A stretch of DNA of 64,000 nt, taken from contig JASFLY010000002.1 of the NCBI GenBank assembly GCA_050117845.1, positions 32,001-96,000 on the forward strand. Reading direction: 5' to 3'. The notes under the pieces were generated by a model, which saw only the letters and a list, made by a program, of their open reading frames with translations, was not told where the DNA came from and searched no databases. Positions 34,735 through 42,925 of this stretch are shown here, piece by piece (position 1 is the first letter of the stretch; each line of letters starts with the position of its first letter). The translations under genes and the position numbers were made by a program. This DNA comes from Candidatus Zixiibacteriota bacterium (GTDB lineage: Bacteria > RBG-13-66-14 > B26-G2 > WVWN01).

Positions 34735-36696
34735 CTACAACTTTTTCGCCCGCCGCAGGGCCGTCAGTACCGCCTCGCCGCGCGGCGTTATCCCGCCGCC
34801 GGCCATAAGGCCCTCGACGAGGGTGACGACGCGTTTCAACTCGTCGCCCGCGGGCGCGGGGCCCCCGGCGAGCCAGGCCAGTTCCGCCCGGGCCCGGCGG
34901 TCGTCGGTATCTTTAATCGCGGCGTAGAACGTCGGGTAAAGCCGTTCGGCCATCGCCGCCGCCAACTCAGCCCAGGGGCGCTCCGCCCGCACGTAGAGGG
35001 CGCTCTTGTCCTCGGTCCCCGAGTTGCGGACGAATAGGCCCATGACCTGCCGCTCGCCCTCGTACCCCGCCCAGTAAAGCAATTCCGGTTCCTCTTCGAA
35101 GTGTAGTTTCCGCCACGAGAGAGCCGGCGCGTCCCGACGGGCCGCGGCCTCGATTTCTCCGTCCATCAACTCGAATACGGCCTTCCCCGGCAGCAAAGCC
35201 TCCTTGCGGGTATAGAATACGTAATTATTACTCTTGTAGCCGCGCTCGAAAGGGGCCCGCAGGCGGTTATATAAATCTCCGGGCGAGAGTTCCTTTTTTA
35301 AGGCAACTATTGCGGCCAGCGTATTAAGGGCCGACTTCAGGCCGTTCCCCGCGGCGAAGGGCACCGACGCCCCGCTCGCCGTCGTCAGATCGCCGAAGGT
35401 TATGGCGTGGCCCGTCTCCTCGCAGCCGACGCCGTAGGAGACCTCCGCCGCTTTGGGCAATTCCCCCGCCCGGAAGGCCGGCGCGAGCCGCGCCGAGAGG
35501 GCCGCGCCGCTCTCGTCCGGCGAGGCCGGGATTCCCGCCGCCCGCCGCCACGCCTCGGTAAGTATCCACTTGTCGCCCACGGGCTTGAGCTGAGGTTCGT
35601 AGCCGAGGGCCGCCGCGGCGCCCGCCACCGCCAGGTCGCTCTCCACGGTGTTGAGGAAGGCCCGCCCTTCCACCTTGCCGCCCAGCCGCCGGGCCATCTC
35701 CGCCGCCTGGAGCGTGGCCACCTCGTCGCCCGAGAGGACGACGAACTCCCCATCCTGTCCCGTGGGACTATGCCTCGCATCGTATACGACCAGGAAGAAA
35801 CGGTCGCCGTCGGCGTCGAAGACCGTCCCGGCGAGAACACGGCCTTCGTCGGTTTCTTCGGCCAAAGCCGCCAGCTTCGCGAGCGCCGGGTAGTCGGCGA
35901 AGCGGCCGCCGGCGCGGAGGTCCTCGGCCGTTATGGCCGCGACGCCCTCCAGGTCGGCGACGCCCGAGCGCCAGTTGACGCGGCCTTCGCCGTCGTCGGC
36001 GTTGGCCTCGTATACGTCGGCCCCAAAAGCCGCCAGGAGTTCCGCCGCCACGGCCGAGTACGACCCTCGGGCCGGGTCCACCACCAGCGCGAAGTCGGCC
36101 AGCGGCTTCTCGGCCGGCTCGAGCCAGGCGTTGTCGGGCGCCTTGTGGAAGGCGTCGAAGACGCGGCGCCAGTCCCCCCGGGCGTCCACCTCGTCGCCCG
36201 ACAGCGGCGCGGCCTTAACGGCTTCCCAGTCGAGCGCCCGCACGGCCGCGGTCAACTCGCGGTCGTCGGCCGGCAATAGTTTTAGACCGGCCGGCGCCAG
36301 GAATATTTTAACGCCGTTCTGGCCCGCCGGGTTATGGGACGCGGTTATCATGAGGCCCGCGGCGGCGCCGCGATACGCCATGAACATCGGGACCGCCGGC
36401 GTCGGCGCCACGGCCATCACGACCGCCGTCGCGCCGCCCTTCCGCAGGCCCCGCACGACGGCGCCGGTGAAGTCGCCCTTCGGGTCGCGCGGGTCCCAAC
36501 CGACGACTATCTCCCGGGAGGGCGGCTCCCCGGCGAGACACAGCCGGGCGAAGGCGTACGCGTAACCCTCCAGGAAGGCGTCGGTGATGACCGCTTTCTC
36601 GTTGAACGCCTCGGCCGGCGAGAGGCCGGCGAGTGAGGGGTCGTCCTGCCTACGCACGTCGCGCCGGATGCCGTCCGTTCCCTGAATCCGGTCCAT
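34735..36696 (-). CDS. glmM: Phosphohexomutase, probable phosphoglucosamine mutase (enlarged)
   Basis: GTDGIR, ITASHNP (phosphoserine), DADGDR (metal), VGDKWI, GCEETGH, VRNSGTE; lies in the glmS operon. Confidence 0.7.
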   Translation of the reverse strand: MDRIQGTDGIRRDVRRQDDPSLAGLSPAEAFNEKAVITDAFLEGYAYAFARLCLAGEPPSREIVVGWDPRDPKGDFTGAVVRGLRKGGATAVVMAVAPTPAVPMFMAYRGAAAGLMITASHNPAGQNGVKIFLAPAGLKLLPADDRELTAAVRALDWEAVKAAPLSGDEVDARGDWRRVFDAFHKAPDNAWLEPAEKPLADFALVVDPARGSYSAVAAELLAAFGADVYEANADDGEGRVNWRSGVADLEGVAAITAEDLRAGGRFADYPALAKLAALAEETDEGRVLAGTVFDADGDRFFLVVYDARHSPTGQDGEFVVLSGDEVATLQAAEMARRLGGKVEGRAFLNTVESDLAVAGAAAALGYEPQLKPVGDKWILTEAWRRAAGIPASPDESGAALSARLAPAFRAGELPKAAEVSYGVGCEETGHAITFGDLTTASGASVPFAAGNGLKSALNTLAAIVALKKELSPGDLYNRLRAPFERGYKSNNYVFYTRKEALLPGKAVFELMDGEIEAAARRDAPALSWRKLHFEEEPELLYWAGYEGERQVMGLFVRNSGTEDKSALYVRAERPWAELAAAMAERLYPTFYAAIKDTDDRRARAELAWLAGGPAPAGDELKRVVTLVEGLMAGGGITPRGEAVLTALRRAKKL

Positions 36697-36755
36697 AATT
36701 AAACCCCAAGCCGCGGCGGGGCCGCGGCCTATCGAGAATTAGGTGTGATACGGAT

Positions 36756-37451
36756 TTAAACGCGCCGGCGCGGTATTATCTCCTGGCGCTGGCGCAACTT
36801 TACCACCGAGTTCGCAGGGACGAAGCCGCGCACGTTGCTGTTGGCGTATATTATCGTCCGGGGGCCGACGACGGTCCCGGGGTTCGTGACCGAGTTGCAG
36901 CCTATCTCCACGTCGTCGCCGAGGATGGCGCCGAACTTGTTCAGGCCGGTGTCGACGACCTCGCCGCCGATGACGAGCTTCACGCCCTTGGCCGCGGCCA
37001 CCTTCCAGTTGGACAGTTTGACCCCCGCGCCGAGGTTGGTCCGCAGGCCCAGGACGCTGTCGCCGACGTAGTTGAAGTGCGGCGCGTGCGAGCCCTCGAG
37101 CATAAGCGCGTTCTTGACCTCGCTCGAGTTGCCGACGATGCAGCCGTCCGCGATGACGGCGTCGCCGCGGATATACGCTCCCGCGCGGATCTCGCAGCCC
37201 GCGCCGATGACCGTGGGACCCTTGATGACCGCGCCCGGCTCCACTACCGTGCCCGGGCCGACGTCGACGTCGTCCCCCAACACGTGCGCGCCCGGCATAA
37301 TCTCGCCCTCGCGCACGCCGCGCAGGAGTTCGCGGGCCAGTTTCCCTATCTCGTGCAACGGGCCCCAGGGCCACTCGAACCGGCCTAGGAACTCGCCGTA
37401 CGCCGTGGCCGTCAGGTCGAAAAAAGTCCCCGGCTTCAAGTCGTCGCTCAT
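36756..37451 (-). CDS. Left-handed beta-helix acetyltransferase, equivalent to the GlmU C-terminal domain only
   Basis: Hexapeptide repeats; GNSSEVKN, APHFNYVGDS.LG...NLGAG, KFGAILGD.VEIGCNSVTNPG; no GGxGTR nucleotidyltransferase motif. Confidence 0.85.
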   Translation of the reverse strand: MSDDLKPGTFFDLTATAYGEFLGRFEWPWGPLHEIGKLARELLRGVREGEIMPGAHVLGDDVDVGPGTVVEPGAVIKGPTVIGAGCEIRAGAYIRGDAVIADGCIVGNSSEVKNALMLEGSHAPHFNYVGDSVLGLRTNLGAGVKLSNWKVAAAKGVKLVIGGEVVDTGLNKFGAILGDDVEIGCNSVTNPGTVVGPRTIIYANSNVRGFVPANSVVKLRQRQEIIPRRRV

Positions 37452-37469
37452 GCGCTACCTCCTGTCGGG

Positions 37470-38618
37470 CTAGGTCTGGGTGGCCTTTAGTACCTCTATC
37501 AACGCCGACGTGAGTTTGGCCGGGTCGTGTCGCAGGACCGTCTTGGTTTGAACGTCGCCCGCGCCGTCCTCCTGCCGGATGGACTGCTCCTGGACTTCCG
37601 TTATAACGTCGGTGGCGTGGATGATGCTGCCCTCGACGACGAGGAGTTCCCGCCCCTCGCCGAACGACACCGTCGAGACCTCGTCCGATTCGCCGGGATC
37701 GAAGAGGATCTGCCCCGCGCCTTCCCGCTCGTACTTCTCGCGAATGGCCGGCGACACCTCGCGGTCGTTGACCAGCACGTAGTCGATGGGGAAGCCGCCG
37801 TACTTCTTGATTTCGCGGATGTGGTCGGAGAGCGAGTACGTGTCCGTCTTGCCCGGCTGCGTCATGACGTTGGCGATGTATATGGTCCGGCAGTTGGCCT
37901 TCTTGATGGCGTCCGCGATGCCGCTGACCAGGAGGTTGGGGATGATGGAGGTGTAGAGGCCGCCGGGCCCCAGGATAACGACGTCGGCGTCGAGGATGGC
38001 CTCGACCACGCCGGGCATGGGGTCGCACGCCACCTCCTCGGGATGGCCGTTGCCGTTTCCCGACCCGTTGGTCCGCCGGGCCAAAAAGACCCGGGAAATC
38101 CGGCCCGCGCCGTTGTGGTTCAGCTCGTCCTCGCCCACCAGCGTCCGGCCGTCGTCGGTCTCGGCGCAGAGGCGCACGCGCTCGAGCGTCGCCGGGAGGA
38201 TAGTCCCCTCGGCTCTTAATACTCGGCTCGCGTCCTTGATGGCGTTGAGGTAGTTGTTGTCGTTCATCTGGATGAGGGCCGTGAGGAAGAGGTTCCCGAA
38301 GGCCTGGCCGCCGAAGTCGCCGCCGCCCACGAATTTGTGGAGGAATAGTTTGGACAGCAATTCCTCCTCGTCGGCCAGCGCAGCGAGGCAGGCGCGTACG
38401 TCGCCCGGCGGCAGGATGCCGAACTCGTCGATGAGTTTGCCCGTGGCGCCGGCGTCGTCCGACACCGTCACGACCGCCGTCAGGCTCGAGAGATCAAGGG
38501 GAGCTTCCTCGTCCTCCTCGTGCCGGCGGACGTAGGTCTTGATGCCCCGCAGAAGCGTCGCCAGGCCGGTCCCGCCGCCGACGGCCACGAGCCGAAGTTT
38601 ATTCAAAGATAGTGCCAT
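37470..38618 (-). CDS. yvcK: YvcK/GlmR family (UPF0052) protein
   Basis: VAVGGGTGLATLLRG, TAVVTVSDD.G..G, PPGDVR, GNL, LGPG.LYTSIIPNLLV, NVMTQPG.TD, RHDP.KL. Confidence 0.92.
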   Translation of the reverse strand: MALSLNKLRLVAVGGGTGLATLLRGIKTYVRRHEEDEEAPLDLSSLTAVVTVSDDAGATGKLIDEFGILPPGDVRACLAALADEEELLSKLFLHKFVGGGDFGGQAFGNLFLTALIQMNDNNYLNAIKDASRVLRAEGTILPATLERVRLCAETDDGRTLVGEDELNHNGAGRISRVFLARRTNGSGNGNGHPEEVACDPMPGVVEAILDADVVILGPGGLYTSIIPNLLVSGIADAIKKANCRTIYIANVMTQPGKTDTYSLSDHIREIKKYGGFPIDYVLVNDREVSPAIREKYEREGAGQILFDPGESDEVSTVSFGEGRELLVVEGSIIHATDVITEVQEQSIRQEDGAGDVQTKTVLRHDPAKLTSALIEVLKATQT

Positions 38619-38645
38619 CTCGATTCTCCTGTATTATACCGAGTC

Positions 38646-40481
38646 TTACTCGACGGTAACGCTCTTGGCCAGGTTGCGCGGCTGGTCCACGTCGCGGCCC
38701 AGCGCCACCGCGGCCTCGTACGCGATGAGCTGCGCGGGGACCGCGGCCAGCACCGGCGCGAATATCTCCGGCACCGCCGGCAGCGTGATAACGTCCTCCA
38801 CCAGGCCCTCCAGGCCGACGCCCCCCTCGCCCACCACGGCGAAGTTGCGCGCGCCCCGAGCCCGGACCTCGTGGATGTTGGAAACCATCTTGTCCCAGAC
38901 GCCCTCCTGCGTCATGAACGACACGACCGGCGTCCCCTCGTCGATGAGGGCGATGGTCCCGTGTTTTATCTCGCCGGCGGCGTATGCCTCCGCGTGGACG
39001 TAGGATATTTCTTTGAGTTTAAGCGCGGCCTCCCGGGCCAGCGGTTCGTCCATGTTGCGGCCCAGGAAGTAGCAATCGCGTTCGGCGGAGATTATCTCGC
39101 CCCAGCGCCGCGCCGATTCCGCCGTCTCCGCGATGGCCCGCTCGAGGTTGGACGGAAGGGCGGCGATGTGCTCCAGCATCTCCGGCCGGCCGCAGGGCCA
39201 CTGGACCCGCCGCCGGTCGGCCAGGAAACAGCCGAGCAGCATCAGCGCCACCAGTTGGGAAGTGAAGGCCTTGGTCGAGGCCACCGCTATCTCCGGGCCG
39301 GCCCGGGTATACATCACGGCGTCGGCGTCGCGGGCGAGGGTGCTCCCCCGCACGTTGACGATGGCCAGCGTCTTGGCGCCCCGCGCCTTCGCCTCCTCCA
39401 TCGAGGCGATGGTGTCCGCGGTCTCGCCGGACTGGCTTATGAGGATGACGAGCGACTTATCGTCCAGGATGGGGTCGCGGTAGCGGAACTCGGAAGCCAC
39501 GTCCACCGCCACCGGCACGCGGAGGACGCGCTCGAAGAGGTACTTGCCGTAGAGGCCGGCGTGGTAGGCCGTACCGCACGCGACTATGTGGAAATTGTTG
39601 ACGCGGCGGATCTGCTCGTGCGCGAGGTCCATTTCCCGTAGGACTATCTCGCCGTCCTTGATGCGCCCCTGCAGCGTGTTCTCTATCGCCCGGGGCTGTT
39701 CCGCTATTTCCTTGAGCATGTAATGGGGATAGTCGTTTTTGGAAACGTCCTCGGCCCGCCAGTCCACGATGGTGAGCTGGCGCCGGGCCGGCCGGCCCGC
39801 ACGCTCGGGCAGGAACGTGTCGACTTCGATGCGGTGCGGCTCGACCGAGACGACGTCGCCGTTCTCGAGGACGTACACTTTATTCGTATCTTGAAGCACC
39901 GCCGTGATGTCGGAGGCGATGAAGTTCTCCCCGCCGCCCACGCCCACGATGAGCGGCGCGTGGTAACGGACTCCCACCAGCCTGTTCTCGCCCGCGGCCA
40001 TGAAGACCAGCGCGAAGGAGCCCTGCAGCCGGGCGGCGGTCTTCTTGGCCGCATCGAGAAGGTCGCCCTCGTAGTACTCCTCGAGCAGGTGGACGACGAC
40101 CTCGGTGTCGGTCTCGGATTGGAACTTGTGGCCCCGCGCGAGCAGCTCCTGCTTGAGCGAGGGGAAGTTCTCGATGATGCCGTTCTGGATGACGAAGAGG
40201 CGGCCCGAGCAATCGACGTGGGGGTGGGCGTTGACCTTGTTGGGGGCGCCGTGGGTGGCCCAACGGGTGTGGCCTATGCCCACGGTCCCGGGGGGCTCGT
40301 TCCCGTTCAGCGCGTTGCGAAGGTTCTCTATCTTGCCGGGCATCTTCTCGACGGCGATGACGCCGTCGCTCGCCACCGCGATGCCGGCCGAATCGTACCC
40401 CCGGTACGACAGATCGTCGAGGCGGTCGACCAGAATCGCCGCCGCCGGCCTCTTACCGATGTATCCCACGATACCGCACAT
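38646..40481 (-). CDS. glmS: Glutamine--fructose-6-phosphate transaminase
   Basis: MCGIVG, YRGYDSAG, GHTRWATHG, SQSGETADT, VASTKAFT, LKLKEISY, DQPRNLAKSVTVE. Confidence 0.98.
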   Translation of the reverse strand: MCGIVGYIGKRPAAAILVDRLDDLSYRGYDSAGIAVASDGVIAVEKMPGKIENLRNALNGNEPPGTVGIGHTRWATHGAPNKVNAHPHVDCSGRLFVIQNGIIENFPSLKQELLARGHKFQSETDTEVVVHLLEEYYEGDLLDAAKKTAARLQGSFALVFMAAGENRLVGVRYHAPLIVGVGGGENFIASDITAVLQDTNKVYVLENGDVVSVEPHRIEVDTFLPERAGRPARRQLTIVDWRAEDVSKNDYPHYMLKEIAEQPRAIENTLQGRIKDGEIVLREMDLAHEQIRRVNNFHIVACGTAYHAGLYGKYLFERVLRVPVAVDVASEFRYRDPILDDKSLVILISQSGETADTIASMEEAKARGAKTLAIVNVRGSTLARDADAVMYTRAGPEIAVASTKAFTSQLVALMLLGCFLADRRRVQWPCGRPEMLEHIAALPSNLERAIAETAESARRWGEIISAERDCYFLGRNMDEPLAREAALKLKEISYVHAEAYAAGEIKHGTIALIDEGTPVVSFMTQEGVWDKMVSNIHEVRARGARNFAVVGEGGVGLEGLVEDVITLPAVPEIFAPVLAAVPAQLIAYEAAVALGRDVDQPRNLAKSVTVE

Positions 40482-40515
40482 ATAGTCCTCGCTCTCGAAA
40501 ACGCGCCGCGGGCCG

Positions 40516-42723
40516 CTAGCGACCCCGCCCGAAATACTGTTCCAGCTTCGGTTCCGCGGCTACCTGCTCCTCGAAGAAACGCCCGGCCCGACGGCCGTCG
40601 CCGGCCTCCAGGGCCTCCTTAACGGCCGAGGCCACCTCGGCCAACGAATCGTCGTTATGGTTGCGGGCAGCGCCCAGCGCCTCCGCAAAATAGGACAACT
40701 GCTCGCCGCCCTCGGACAACAGGCCCAACTCCACCAGGACCATCGCCATGTGGTACCGGCTGCCCATCTGCTGGAAGATGGCGAGGCTGTTTTTGAAGTT
40801 GATAATGGCGTCGTGGACCAGGCCCTGCTGGGCCGCGGCCACGCCCAGGTCCGCCAGGACCTGCGCCACGCGGTACTGGTCACCCAGGTCCTCGAAGACG
40901 GCCAGCGCGCGTTTGTGCCGCCGCGTCGCTTCCGCGAGAAGGTCCGCGGCCTCCTCCGCCGCGCCGGCGTCGCCGGTCCAGCGGCTCTCGGCGAAGAGGC
41001 ACAGGCCGAAGCGGTTCTCGGCCACCGCGGTCTCCGCGGCATCGTCGCTCGCTTCCAGCGCCTGCTGGCACAGCGTCTTGGCCTGGGCCAACGCCCGGCG
41101 CGCCGACGTTTCTTCCCCGGCGCGCATCAGCTCCTCGGCCTCGAGGCGCCGCGTGATGGCGTGATTGGAAAGCGTGCTAGCAAGCCAGGGGCGGGCGGCC
41201 GGGCCGGCGGCCCGGCGGTCGGCCAGAGCCCCCAGTACGGCCGCGGCCTGTTTGTATTCCTGCTTCGCCCGGGTGAACTCGCGCCGGAGTCGGAAGGTCG
41301 TCCCCAGGCTGGAATGGGCGACGCCGGCGCCCAGCTCCTCGCCGTGGGCCGCGAACTCCTCGTTGGCCAGGACGTAATAATCCACCGCCCGGTCCCAGCG
41401 GCCCTGATGCCGGCATACGTGGCCCAAATCCAGGTACAGGTAACCGAGGTCGGCGGACCCGCCCTCGGCCTCCTCCTCCGCTAAAACGACGGCGGAGCCA
41501 TAGTAATCCGCGGCTTCGGCCAGCCGGCCTTGCAGGCGGGTGAGGTGGCCCAACAACCGCCGGACGTAGATGCGGAGGCGCGTGCCGCCGGGCAAAGAGG
41601 TCCCGGCCGCGAACGGCGTCAACTCCCCGTCGAGGCGACGGAGCGCCTCTTCCGCCCGGCCGAGGCGGTTGCGGCCGTAATCGGCCGCCGCTTCGAAATA
41701 GTCCGCCCAGAACGATATCGCCCGGACGTCGCCTTCGAGGGATTTTACTATCTCCCAGTCGGCGTCGGCCAGGTCCAGGTCCCGGGCGTGGAAGTACTCC
41801 TCCACCTCGCCGGGGGAAAAGGGCCCGAGCCCGAGCGTCTTCACTTTCGTGGCGGCGGGAAGGGAGGGGGGCCGGCCGGGCCGGACCGTCAACACCAGCA
41901 TCAACTTCCGCCCCTGGGACGCGGCCTCGTGCAAACGTTCGATGAAAGCGCCGATCCAGTAGCCGACCGTGGCGCCGACGTCGTGGAAATCGTCCAGGAA
42001 GACGACGTTTCGCCGGCCGTCCTTGGAACCGGCGGCCCGCCAGCCGGCCAGGAACTCCTCCGTAAGGAGTTTCTCGGCCTCGCGGTACATATATTTTTCG
42101 GCGTAGGTGAGTTCGGCGCGGCCGGGCCCGGCGGCCTCGGCGCCGGCGCCGGCGACGTGCAGGCTGAACGGGTCCTGAAAACGGCCTCGCAGGCGGCCCT
42201 CTATCGCCTCGCACTGCTCGTATATCTCGTCGAACGAGCGGTACCCGCCGCGGCGGGACGCGAACGCGTCGCGTAGGTCCTTGAGGAACGCGCGGTAGGA
42301 GGTCAACCGGCGGCTGTCGAAATAAATATAGGGGACGCGGCCTTCGCGGCAGGCCGGGACGAATTTCTCGTTGATGAGCGCCGTCTTGCCCGAGCCGGGG
42401 GTCCCGGTGACGACCAGCACGTCGACGTCGCTCGAAAGGGACTCCTCGAAGGCGGCGGCCTCGCGTTCCCGGCCCACGAATACGGCCGGCGCCTTGGCCT
42501 CGGGCCCCGGGAAGTACATCGCGAGCAGCTCCGCGACCTCGACCCCCAACGCCTGGGCCAGGCTCTCTATGGTCCGGGCCGACGGAAATTTGTAGTCCCG
42601 CTCGAGTTGGGATATATAGGAGTCGTCGACCCGGGCGAGCTCGGCCAGTTCCTTTTGGGTAAGGCCCCGGGCCATCCTCTTTTCCCGAAGGACTTTACCG
42701 AAGGTTATTTTTTTACCTTCCAT
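40516..42723 (-). CDS. XRE HTH + P-loop (STAND/AAA_16-like) NTPase + TPR protein
   Basis: GLTQKELAE...SYISQLER HTH; FVGRERE, GTPGSGKT (Walker A), VVFLDDFH (Walker B); C-terminal TPR/MalT-like repeats. Confidence 0.85.
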   Translation of the reverse strand: MEGKKITFGKVLREKRMARGLTQKELAELARVDDSYISQLERDYKFPSARTIESLAQALGVEVAELLAMYFPGPEAKAPAVFVGREREAAAFEESLSSDVDVLVVTGTPGSGKTALINEKFVPACREGRVPYIYFDSRRLTSYRAFLKDLRDAFASRRGGYRSFDEIYEQCEAIEGRLRGRFQDPFSLHVAGAGAEAAGPGRAELTYAEKYMYREAEKLLTEEFLAGWRAAGSKDGRRNVVFLDDFHDVGATVGYWIGAFIERLHEAASQGRKLMLVLTVRPGRPPSLPAATKVKTLGLGPFSPGEVEEYFHARDLDLADADWEIVKSLEGDVRAISFWADYFEAAADYGRNRLGRAEEALRRLDGELTPFAAGTSLPGGTRLRIYVRRLLGHLTRLQGRLAEAADYYGSAVVLAEEEAEGGSADLGYLYLDLGHVCRHQGRWDRAVDYYVLANEEFAAHGEELGAGVAHSSLGTTFRLRREFTRAKQEYKQAAAVLGALADRRAAGPAARPWLASTLSNHAITRRLEAEELMRAGEETSARRALAQAKTLCQQALEASDDAAETAVAENRFGLCLFAESRWTGDAGAAEEAADLLAEATRRHKRALAVFEDLGDQYRVAQVLADLGVAAAQQGLVHDAIINFKNSLAIFQQMGSRYHMAMVLVELGLLSEGGEQLSYFAEALGAARNHNDDSLAEVASAVKEALEAGDGRRAGRFFEEQVAAEPKLEQYFGRGR

Positions 42724-42871
42724 CCGGTTCCGTGTCGAAATGGCGAGTAATCAAAGGCCGGTTTCCAATTAATAGTTGATTAAATCGTATAAATGTGATA
42801 GCATTCGCGTTACAATACGATTCTAGCAGCCGGAGATATTTACTAACGCGACCGCGTTGTTTACTGATAGT

Positions 42872-42900
42872 AAGATAGCAGAATATTTACTCCAAGTCAA
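42872..42900 (-). promoter_or_regulatory. Extended -10 promoter for the XRE-STAND/glmS operon
   Basis: Minus strand TTGACT-17-TATCTT preceded by TG. Confidence 0.5.
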
Positions 42901-42925
42901 ATATTTTTTGATAACAAATAATCGT

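Noticed and set aside
40482..40515. glmS ribozyme
   Set aside because: Only 34 bp lie between the upstream stop and the glmS start, too short for it.
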